Part shown: one piece after another, positions 20,096-28,367 of the stretch
How positions within the stretch are numbered: the stretch's first letter is position 1
Layout: each line of letters starts with the position of its first letter
Source: an uncultured virus (IMG/VR IMGVR_UViG_3300031787_000074)
Lineage: Duplodnaviria; Heunggongvirae; Uroviricota; Caudoviricetes
Length of the DNA: 64,000 nt
Reading direction: 5' to 3' (one strand)
Virus record (IMG/VR): IMGVR_UViG_3300031787_000074
Program-made: the position numbers and the translations under genes
The notes under the pieces: generated by a model
Told to the model about the DNA's origin: nothing
What the model saw: only the letters and a program-made list of their open reading frames with translations
Database searches by the model: none

Positions 20096-23000
20096 TCACA
20101 TAGCTCCTAGTTGAGCGTTTTCTAGATTTAGAGTTACTACTCCAGTGGATAACGCCAGTGAGCCAGTCAGGCCTCCAGACATTTGGAATTTTTGAGCAGA
20201 CGCTGTGGTGGTAGCTGCTTTTTCTTGTTCTTTTAGTTTATTTAAATAATCTGTTCCCACCGACCTTCCTTCCATCTTCAATTTTATTAACTGATTTTCT
20301 TTTCCTCCCAGCTCTTTTAACGCCGACTTCTTTTCTTCGTCGCTGCCTTTTTCTATAGCGTCCAGCTCGGCATCGGATAGCTTGTCTTTGTCTCCAAAAA
20401 CTTTGCTAACCAAATAAGCTTCTCTAGCCAACCGGCCTTTTGAAACCGGGTTCAAGTCTGTCCATTCTTTGCTACTTTTATCTATATCCTGCAGCAAACT
20501 TTTAGCCGCTTTGTTAGACACTTCCTTAGGGTCTGCTTCCATCTCTCGCATCAGATGGTCTATAGCGCTATCTCTTTCTCCTTGCTTTCTTATTTCTTCA
20601 GCTGTGCTGGCTGTTCCCTGGCTCTGCATTTGTCCAACAGCTGACGCCTCTCCTTCGGCAGTTCTAAGCATAGCTTCAGCCGCTCTTCTTCCTATTTCTC
20701 CGCTAGCTTCTCCTAGCCTTGAGTTAGGATCATTTATAGACCTTATCAAATTATTTTGAGCATTAACTAGTTGTTTAATTCCTACTCTAGCTTCTTCTTG
20801 TTGCTTTTGCGTTAAACTGCTTTTAAACCCAGCTTCTAGAGACTCTACGTTGTAACCTCCCTCTTGAGCTCTCTTTCTTAGCCTGCTTTCTACGTCTCTA
20901 TACTTATTTTGTAATTTTTTCCTTTCTTCCAAAGACGCTGGGTCTGTTTTTTCTCTAAGAGCCGCATCGGCTTTAAGTATGTTTTCACGCTCTGCTAAAT
21001 CAGCTGCTGCCTCTGCCTTTTGCGCGTCTGTCGCCCCTATTTCTTTTAGTATGTCTCCAATACTTCCTTTCTTTATACCAGACAAGTTTTTTTCTGCTCT
21101 TTCTACTTCAGACACTAAAGGCGCAAAAGCAGCTGTGCCTGCGTCGGTCTTGTTAGCATTTAAATAATCTTTTCCGGTAACGGCTTTCTCTCGGTCTGAG
21201 CCTGTAAATATCTTGGCTATCTTATCCAAAGCGGCTGCAGTCCCTGACAGCCTTTCCTGCGCTTCTTCTCTCTTTGCTTTAGACAGAGTAGTTCTAGCGC
21301 CCACAGTTCCTTCAGTAAACGATCTAGCCAAAGTGTTTATAAAGTCTACGCTTCCTCCGCTTTTTCTTTGTATTGAAGATATAACGTTATTAACTGCAGC
21401 TGGGCTTACTGTTGCTGCGTTATCTTCTAGTACAGACAATACTCCTGCATCTACTTTACTTAAAGCTTCTGCAAAATTTGTGCTAGCTCTTGTTCTTAAA
21501 TACCTAGAAATATTGTCTATAGATTTTCCTTGAATGTTCTTGGCGTATTCTTCTGGAGATACTCCGTATTTTTTCATTAAACCTTCGTCTTGAACGTCCT
21601 TCAGCTTTCCAGCATCTTGAATTAAATCTGATGTAGAAAACCTGGCTTTTATAGTACCGTCAGCTTCCAAGAACCCTGAGAAGGCTTGAGTAACGTATTG
21701 AAGCTGAGAAGCTGGTATTTCTCCTATGCCTCCTCGAATCAAATCTTTCAGGTTAGCTTTGGGTCCAGCGTTCATCAAAAGGTCTGCTGCCCTTTGCATA
21801 GCAGTTCCGCGACCAAGCCTTGAAAAAGCTTTTTGAACATTAGCTTCAGCGTTTCTTACGCCTTCTTCTGCTCTGATCGCGTCTGCTGCTCTGGCGTTGT
21901 ACTGAACTAGGAACGCGTTTCCGCTTTCATACCTGTTGTTTCTTGCAAAAGTGTCTATGTTTAATCTTCCAAGCGCCATTGAAGATTTAAATGTGTCTAC
22001 TTGGTCTTGTTTTATTAAGCCAGCCTTCAATGCCTCATCTGCCAAAAATCCAAAATCTCCTTTGTTATATCTCTGCAGCTGATCACTATTCATGTTCATA
22101 ACTTGCCCAGCGACGAAATCGCTAAGCTGTTTTGACTTTGCAGTTATTGCCTCTGTTTCTTGCTTTGTAGTTCCTTCTCCAAAAAGTCTATTGGTAAGAA
22201 TGGCGTTAGCAAGCTGGCTAGATACTCTACCCTGAGCTTCTCTTCCCTGGAACAGGGAAGCTACTTTTCCTCCAATGTTGTATTTCTCTGTGTATTCTTG
22301 AAGACCTTTATCGTTAGCTTTAAAAGCGTTAAATTTTACGATGTTGTTTCCTAGCTTTGATTTTATTTCATCTTCGCTAAGCATGACATCTGGGCCTGAT
22401 GCCGTTTTTAGCTTTTGAACATAAGAAGATAATTCTGGACCGAGATCTATGCCTGCTTCTTGCATGGCTATCAAAGCAGAGTGATTCTTGGCAAGATCGC
22501 TGCCTGCTGCGGAGGCTTGCGCTCTCATCTCGGTCATTGCCATGTTTTGCTTGGTAGGCATTCCAAAACCTTGGACGCCGCCAAATAGTTCTCCTCTTAC
22601 TGAAGCTCCAGTAGCTGCGGCTATGCCTATTTGAGGAGCCAGGTTTCTGTTCAAACCCATCTGGTCAGTAAGTTGACCGGCGTTTGCCATGAGCGTAGTC
22701 ATGGCTTGCATACTCATGCCCGCTCTCTTGGCGGCAAGACCCGCATTCCTTACAAGCATCTCTACTTCTTGAGGAGACTTCGAGGCTAATCCGTTTTGAG
22801 TAAGCAGCTCCAGGGCATTCATCAACTGACCTATTGGAGCGTCCGGTTGACCGGCTTCCCCAAATATGTCTTTCATAGCTGAAATAGCCCCAGCCATTCC
22901 TTCTAGCTTTTGAGATATTCTTTCAGCTTCAAATCCTTGTACTTTTGTGCTGAACTCAGTACTGGACATCTTAAGCAAATCATCTACAGACTTTCCTGTA

Positions 23001-23731
23001 GACGCTGCCATGGCCTGCATGTTTACTCCGCCACCGCCCATCAGTCCTCTTGAAACCATCTCAGAAAACATTGAACCAGCTTGTCCAGCGGTTATTCCGC
23101 GCATCCTAGACACGTCCGCTGTTTCTCCAAACAGCCTGTCAAATACTTGCTGCTGTATTCCTTTGAAGTTTTCCTTACCCATACCCAACATTCCTGAAGT
23201 TGGGTCCATGGCAAACCTAGCGCCTTCAGCCATCCTCTGGGCCATGATGACTGCAGAACCTCTTGACCCGTGCAAACGGTCAAAGAAGTCAGGATCAGCC
23301 ATGGCAAAAAACGGCATCATTGCCGACAAGTCTCTAGACATTGTCGCAGCGCCGGCTCTTTCTCTGTCTCCAAAGTTAGCGCCTGTAAGATTGGCCGCGC
23401 CTTGAAAAGCTTTTAAATAAGCTCGTTGATCTTGAGCTGCGGCGGCTCGCATAGCTTCTTGCTGCATCGCAAATGCTGCATTGTTTTGCAGTTGCGTGTG
23501 CAAGTTCATTGTTGGATTGAATTGCCCGAACACGCCTCCCTGCATGTTGAACACGCTAGGGATTATGCTCTGAACAGCGCTGTTGACCATCATTGCCATG
23601 GGGCCTTGAATACCAAGGGCTCCGGCAATGTTGAATGTAGGTACGGGCTGTATTGGAGGAGCGGCGAACAGATTTGAGTTCTGGGCCGCTAATCCGAAAA
23701 ACCCTTGGTCTAATGGTCCAGGCACATTCAA
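20096..23731 (-). CDS. Tape measure protein
   Basis: 1211 aa, Ala/Gly/Gln/Met-rich and predominantly helical; located after the tail chaperone pair and before baseplate genes. Confidence 0.75.
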   Translation of the reverse strand: MNVPGPLDQGFFGLAAQNSNLFAAPPIQPVPTFNIAGALGIQGPMAMMVNSAVQSIIPSVFNMQGGVFGQFNPTMNLHTQLQNNAAFAMQQEAMRAAAAQDQRAYLKAFQGAANLTGANFGDRERAGAATMSRDLSAMMPFFAMADPDFFDRLHGSRGSAVIMAQRMAEGARFAMDPTSGMLGMGKENFKGIQQQVFDRLFGETADVSRMRGITAGQAGSMFSEMVSRGLMGGGGVNMQAMAASTGKSVDDLLKMSSTEFSTKVQGFEAERISQKLEGMAGAISAMKDIFGEAGQPDAPIGQLMNALELLTQNGLASKSPQEVEMLVRNAGLAAKRAGMSMQAMTTLMANAGQLTDQMGLNRNLAPQIGIAAATGASVRGELFGGVQGFGMPTKQNMAMTEMRAQASAAGSDLAKNHSALIAMQEAGIDLGPELSSYVQKLKTASGPDVMLSEDEIKSKLGNNIVKFNAFKANDKGLQEYTEKYNIGGKVASLFQGREAQGRVSSQLANAILTNRLFGEGTTKQETEAITAKSKQLSDFVAGQVMNMNSDQLQRYNKGDFGFLADEALKAGLIKQDQVDTFKSSMALGRLNIDTFARNNRYESGNAFLVQYNARAADAIRAEEGVRNAEANVQKAFSRLGRGTAMQRAADLLMNAGPKANLKDLIRGGIGEIPASQLQYVTQAFSGFLEADGTIKARFSTSDLIQDAGKLKDVQDEGLMKKYGVSPEEYAKNIQGKSIDNISRYLRTRASTNFAEALSKVDAGVLSVLEDNAATVSPAAVNNVISSIQRKSGGSVDFINTLARSFTEGTVGARTTLSKAKREEAQERLSGTAAALDKIAKIFTGSDREKAVTGKDYLNANKTDAGTAAFAPLVSEVERAEKNLSGIKKGSIGDILKEIGATDAQKAEAAADLAERENILKADAALREKTDPASLEERKKLQNKYRDVESRLRKRAQEGGYNVESLEAGFKSSLTQKQQEEARVGIKQLVNAQNNLIRSINDPNSRLGEASGEIGRRAAEAMLRTAEGEASAVGQMQSQGTASTAEEIRKQGERDSAIDHLMREMEADPKEVSNKAAKSLLQDIDKSSKEWTDLNPVSKGRLAREAYLVSKVFGDKDKLSDAELDAIEKGSDEEKKSALKELGGKENQLIKLKMEGRSVGTDYLNKLKEQEKAATTTASAQKFQMSGGLTGSLALSTGVVTLNLENAQLGAM

Positions 23732-24147
23732 TTACCTCGCGAGTATGCCTGTTTAAGTATTTCCTCTACAGCTGCCTTGAACTTTGGATCCTCCATTCTT
23801 TTCATGCCTTCCTTGTATTGCTCAATCAAACTCAGGTTATTAGGCCTGCTATCACTTTCAATATTCTTTTCTTTCCAAGGCAGAGTCAATTCTTCAAATA
23901 GCTCTATTGCGGCTGTGGAGTTCTCCCAAGCCTTTCCAAACAATTCGGAAGACGAGGTGGAAAGGGCAGCTATGAATCTATGCAAATATAGCTTGGCCAT
24001 CTCTGCATTTTTCAAAGCCCTATACTGCTTCGATATAAGAAGCAGCCTTGCGTCCCATTTGCGATCAAATAGCCTTGTTTTCGAGAAGTCGATAACTCCT
24101 TCGGTTGCAAGGCTAACCAAAAGAGAGGCTATCCGATCGCTTTCCAA
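23728..24147 (-). CDS. Tail assembly chaperone, -1 frameshift extension (T-like segment)
   Basis: Starts at TTG overlapping the end of the upstream gene, in its -1 frame, exactly at a G GAT TTT heptamer. Confidence 0.65.
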   Translation of the reverse strand: MESDRIASLLVSLATEGVIDFSKTRLFDRKWDARLLLISKQYRALKNAEMAKLYLHRFIAALSTSSSELFGKAWENSTAAIELFEELTLPWKEKNIESDSRPNNLSLIEQYKEGMKRMEDPKFKAAVEEILKQAYSRGN

Positions 24148-25190
24148 AAATCCCGTGATTCCGCCATAGTCTGCAGTTTATCACATAGGGACTGGAACTC
24201 GGTATAGAGATGACTAATTGTGTTACGCATAACTTCGTTAGGCATTATCTGACTAACTAAGTCATCAAATAACGGAAACAACTTAGTATCCGGAATTTTA
24301 TAAGAGTCTTCTGGAACGTCTATTTCGTCTATAGTTGGTACTTCAATGATATCTTTTTCTGTCTCTATCCTTTCAACAGCCATTACGCATCTGTAAGACA
24401 TCAGCGTTCTCCAGTAGAAGCTGGTGTCTCCAATAATCTTAGATTGAACGTCTTTTTGCGCGTCTACCACTAGCTGCTTGTAAGCCAGGTCTGACTCTTT
24501 GGTAGTCAAAGACCTAAAGGTGACGATCATCCTTCCGCCAAAGATGCTGTATTTCTTTTTAAATCTGACATCGCCCAAAAGGCATTGGACAAAATTTACT
24601 TTGTCTTCTTCGTTTATTTCAACTAAGTCTTCTTTGGCCAGGTCCCAACCGCAATGCGGACAGGCCTTTGGTTCTTGTTTTGTTATTCCTGACTCAGACT
24701 TATTTTCGTCTACAGGCGGAGCTGGCTCTTCTACAGGAACAGCCGGAGCAGCCTTTGCCGCTTCTACAGCCTGAGGCTCTGGTAAGTCGTCTACTACAAA
24801 CGTATCGTTTATTGTTTCTTTAAAGTTAGCGGAGTCTAAAGCTGCTGCCGGGTTCTTAGCTGCGTTTAAAACTTCTGTTACTTTTTTACGTTGCTCCTCC
24901 GACAGCTGGCTAATGTCAACTGGCTCTGGAAGTTTCATGTTCTGTCTTGGAACTTGAGGCAAAGCTTCAGGAACAGCTTCGCTTATTCTCTGAGCTATGT
25001 TTGCCGGAAGAGTAGAAGGGTCTGCAACTACTCCGAGCTTCATCAGCCCGTCTCTTTCCATTTCAGTCAGAACTGTACCTGGAGGCATACTTCCTGGCGA
25101 GTCAGGAAGCTGGCTTATCGTAGGTTTGGCTGGTGGAGGAACTGGAGGAAGTTTTTTAAAAGATCCAACCCGTTTGATCGGTTTATCCAT
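24129..25190 (-). CDS. Tail assembly chaperone (G-like)
   Basis: 353 aa. Pro-rich N-terminus, CPHC, VTFRSLTTKE motif, ends ...RDFWKAIG; upstream of the tape measure. Confidence 0.65.
   Translation of the reverse strand: MDKPIKRVGSFKKLPPVPPPAKPTISQLPDSPGSMPPGTVLTEMERDGLMKLGVVADPSTLPANIAQRISEAVPEALPQVPRQNMKLPEPVDISQLSEEQRKKVTEVLNAAKNPAAALDSANFKETINDTFVVDDLPEPQAVEAAKAAPAVPVEEPAPPVDENKSESGITKQEPKACPHCGWDLAKEDLVEINEEDKVNFVQCLLGDVRFKKKYSIFGGRMIVTFRSLTTKESDLAYKQLVVDAQKDVQSKIIGDTSFYWRTLMSYRCVMAVERIETEKDIIEVPTIDEIDVPEDSYKIPDTKLFPLFDDLVSQIMPNEVMRNTISHLYTEFQSLCDKLQTMAESRDFWKAIG
24147..24153 (-). other. Predicted -1 ribosomal frameshift slippery site G GAT TTT
   Basis: Minus strand reads CGG GAT TTT TGG; a -1 shift gives ...RDF-LESDRIASLL, the downstream ORF. 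Confidence 0.65.
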
Positions 25191-25200
25191 GATCGCCCTT

Positions 25201-27810
25201 TCACTGAATCACTGGGTAGTTTCCGTTTGGAGACTCTGGACTTTCTTCTTCTATCGTAGCAGACGCGTATTCTTCTCCAGGCTTCTTTGCCATAAAGCCG
25301 TTAGATCCTTGTGCAGTGTACAGTTTGCTATTTAATTTTCTATAGCTAGTTCCAAGCCAAGCGTCTCTTCCTGGATACGGATAAGTCTCGTTTGAGTTTG
25401 TTACTACAGGCTTTTCTTTCCACTTATACGCTGTAAGCCCTGAAGCCCTAGCTCTTTGCGCCCATCGGCTCTCGAACAGCATGAACCCTTCTGCTTCGCA
25501 TTGCTTTGTTGTTCTAAAAGAAAAACCTGCTCCTTCAGCTACGCCTATTCCCTTATAAACTCCGTCAGCAAAATGATTTGAAAAGTTTTGAATCTTTTCT
25601 TCTTTTAAACCAGCGCCTAGATTCGATATGTCGTCCGCGTATTGATTTAAGATGTCCTTACCTTTCTGGTCTATTTCCCCGACATATTGAGTTCCGGCAG
25701 TAGTAGCTATATGACCATTATTTATTTGAACTGAGCTCTGAAATACGCCGCCTCCCAAAAAGTCTCCTCTGCCTGTCACGTACAGGCCTCCAGAGATGTA
25801 TGTGTTGTAAGCTGTGTACTGGTTAGTGGCTATCAGTTGATCTCCAGGACCAAAGTTGTCTGATATGTAAGAAGAAACATAATTGTTTATAGCTTGGCAG
25901 CTGGTAGTTATTGAGTTTGACGCTTCAAACGTCATTTTCCCGTTTCCGACAGTGCCAGCTCCTGACTTTATGTAAACTTCTCCGGCAAACACAGCAGCTT
26001 GATTTGCTGACTTTATTATCACACCATTTGATACGGTATCCGTGCCTATTTGCCCAAAGTCTTGAGTATCTCCTTCTCCTCGGCTTTCCAGAAGAAGTCC
26101 GCCTGTCTTTGAGTTTCCAGCTAGAAGCTGCATGTTCTTTTCAGCTTTTAGCCTAACATCGTTTTCTGAAGCGGATATTTCTACAGACTTCCTTGCCCTT
26201 ACTACAGTGTCTTTTCCAGTCAGAGCCACTAGGTTTCTTCCAGGCCTTAGCTGTATATCCCCAGGACAGCTTATTTCTATACTGCCTCCTCCCATTCTTA
26301 TTTCTTCGCCGCCAGGGCCTGCAATAACTACAGTACCGTCCCTAAGTATCGATATAAAACTTAAAGACGGATGGTAGTTTGCTGAAAACCTGTGGTCTAC
26401 ATCTTTTTCTTTAGCCTCTGGCCTAGGCAAGTAATGATTAGAAGAAAGGTTGGATATAGCGACAGCACTTTCTTTCTCCGGGTCATCAAATAATTTCCAA
26501 TCGTTCGTGTGCTTATAAAAAGGATGAGAAGACCTCCATTTCATGCCATAAGCAAGTTCATCGTCAGCAAGAAGCGCGGCTCCTGTACCGTCTGGAAAAT
26601 CGCCACTAAGGCCTGAAGCTATTCCATCTGATTGACTTCCTGTTGGAACGTATCCAGGCGATCTATCTCCGGTTCCGTCTTCAGGTCTTTTGAATTGAAC
26701 AGGGCTGTTGAATACCGGAACGTGGGCCAGGAATATTCCCTGAGACGACACCATGTGGTAGTTGCCGTCTAGAGCCAAATGCTCTTCCCAAACAGCAGGG
26801 ACGTTCGTAGGGCTGTCCATGCTGAAAATCTGTTTTCCCGGCGGAGGAAGCCTTAATTGCTTCTTGAAGCCTTGCCCAAGAAAACCTGCGTATTCCACAA
26901 GTCTATGAAAAGGTGTTTGAGTAAGTTCTTTTAGGTCTATCAAAGAAAATTCTGTAGAGTTTTTAAGCACAGCCTCTTGGGTTCTTTGCTTAAAAAGCTC
27001 GATACCTTTTACCAAGCCACCAAGAGATTCCCATAGATAAGGAGAGTGTCCTATTATTGAGGACAGCTCGCTCTCATCGTCAAAGAAATCCATACTTGTA
27101 GTTGCTGACCGTATTTGCAGATTGTGCCCGTGCATCCTAGCTAGCTGATCGTGCCAGAACGCCCAGAATCCGCAGTTTTCATCTGACCTTAGAAAAGCCA
27201 TGAAAGGGTCTAGGAATACGGAAGACCCTGTCTCGGTCATTCGACCCCATTCGCCCAAGCATGTCTCGTCTACAGGAGATCCGTAGGACAGCTTGGCTGG
27301 AGGTATAAAGTTTGGATTAAACCTAGCCGTGGTGACTTGTTCAGATATTGGAGTGTTAGTAGACGCCTGGCTTATGAAATCTCTTATGCTTTTTTCGTTT
27401 TCTACAGAGTAACCGTTATCTACTCCAATTATTGTTCCGGTAGTTTCTCCCAAGCCATAGATTACAAATACTCTTGAGCCTGGTCGTATTGTTCCTACTT
27501 TTTGAACACCTGACCCTTGAGTGCCTACTTCTGATAGACAAGAACAAACCAAGGACGCGTTCTTGCCGTCAAGAGTTACCTTGTACCAACCGTAAAAAGG
27601 AAGAGAGTCATCAACGAAACCGGCCAGCACCCGAGATGTAGTCTCAAGCGCCAGCCGGTTTATTGTTGAGTTTCCTGACTTGTCGTGCCTTGGCCTGTTA
27701 GGGTTCAAGGTCACTTGGTCTAAAGCGTTTATCCGGTTTGACAGTTCCCCTATAAGCCTTTCCATGCGTTGAAGGTAATCAACGACATTAAAATGCTCGG
27801 GACTCGGCAT
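25201..27810 (-). CDS. Baseplate central spike (gp5/VgrG-like)
   Basis: About 869 aa. N-terminal OB-fold-like segment (WYKVTL...IRPGSRVFVI) and beta-helix repeats (EIRMGGGSIEISCPGDIQLRPGRNLVALTGKDTVVRA). Confidence 0.65.
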   Translation of the reverse strand: MPSPEHFNVVDYLQRMERLIGELSNRINALDQVTLNPNRPRHDKSGNSTINRLALETTSRVLAGFVDDSLPFYGWYKVTLDGKNASLVCSCLSEVGTQGSGVQKVGTIRPGSRVFVIYGLGETTGTIIGVDNGYSVENEKSIRDFISQASTNTPISEQVTTARFNPNFIPPAKLSYGSPVDETCLGEWGRMTETGSSVFLDPFMAFLRSDENCGFWAFWHDQLARMHGHNLQIRSATTSMDFFDDESELSSIIGHSPYLWESLGGLVKGIELFKQRTQEAVLKNSTEFSLIDLKELTQTPFHRLVEYAGFLGQGFKKQLRLPPPGKQIFSMDSPTNVPAVWEEHLALDGNYHMVSSQGIFLAHVPVFNSPVQFKRPEDGTGDRSPGYVPTGSQSDGIASGLSGDFPDGTGAALLADDELAYGMKWRSSHPFYKHTNDWKLFDDPEKESAVAISNLSSNHYLPRPEAKEKDVDHRFSANYHPSLSFISILRDGTVVIAGPGGEEIRMGGGSIEISCPGDIQLRPGRNLVALTGKDTVVRARKSVEISASENDVRLKAEKNMQLLAGNSKTGGLLLESRGEGDTQDFGQIGTDTVSNGVIIKSANQAAVFAGEVYIKSGAGTVGNGKMTFEASNSITTSCQAINNYVSSYISDNFGPGDQLIATNQYTAYNTYISGGLYVTGRGDFLGGGVFQSSVQINNGHIATTAGTQYVGEIDQKGKDILNQYADDISNLGAGLKEEKIQNFSNHFADGVYKGIGVAEGAGFSFRTTKQCEAEGFMLFESRWAQRARASGLTAYKWKEKPVVTNSNETYPYPGRDAWLGTSYRKLNSKLYTAQGSNGFMAKKPGEEYASATIEEESPESPNGNYPVIQ

Positions 27811-27822
27811 CAAACCCTCGCT

Positions 27823-28344
27823 TTATGCCGCCGCTTGTTGCTTGTACATAGCGCCGGTCTGACAGGAAACATTTTCGCTAATCATCATATCAGCGGCCTG
27901 CACAGAGTAAGCAACGTTGCTAGCGATAACGTCGCGAGCAATCAGAGACATTACTCCCTGGCCCTGCCCTTGGCCTGGAACAGACCAGTTACAGGGAGCC
28001 GAGCCTAGTACGAAAGCTAGGGTGTGGTCTTCAGCTTTGCCGCTGCAAACATCACCAAGCTTTTGTAGCAGATCGGTCTGAACACTGATAGGTCCGACGA
28101 TACGCCCCAAGGTCATGGTGCCTTGAGTACGACCGACGACATAATAACGATAGGCGCTACCAACTTCAAAGATCTGATTGACTTGCTGTTGGTAGGTAGC
28201 TTGAAAACTTTGCACCAAGCTGCCTGCAGGCCCGTTAGCGCCAAGCAGACCACCGCCGAAGAGCAAAGCGTTGTCAGCCGTGAAGGCCCCACCCAATTGT
28301 GAGGGCCTTCTGCCTAGAACGTCAAAACCTGCACCCACACCCAT
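27823..28344 (-). CDS. Tail tube protein
   Basis: 173 aa. QQVNQIFEVGS...YVVGRTQGTMTLGRI; immediately after the sheath; GGGAGG SD. Confidence 0.75.
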   Translation of the reverse strand: MGVGAGFDVLGRRPSQLGGAFTADNALLFGGGLLGANGPAGSLVQSFQATYQQQVNQIFEVGSAYRYYVVGRTQGTMTLGRIVGPISVQTDLLQKLGDVCSGKAEDHTLAFVLGSAPCNWSVPGQGQGQGVMSLIARDVIASNVAYSVQAADMMISENVSCQTGAMYKQQAAA

Positions 28345-28367
28345 GTTATATACCTCCCCTCAGTTGA

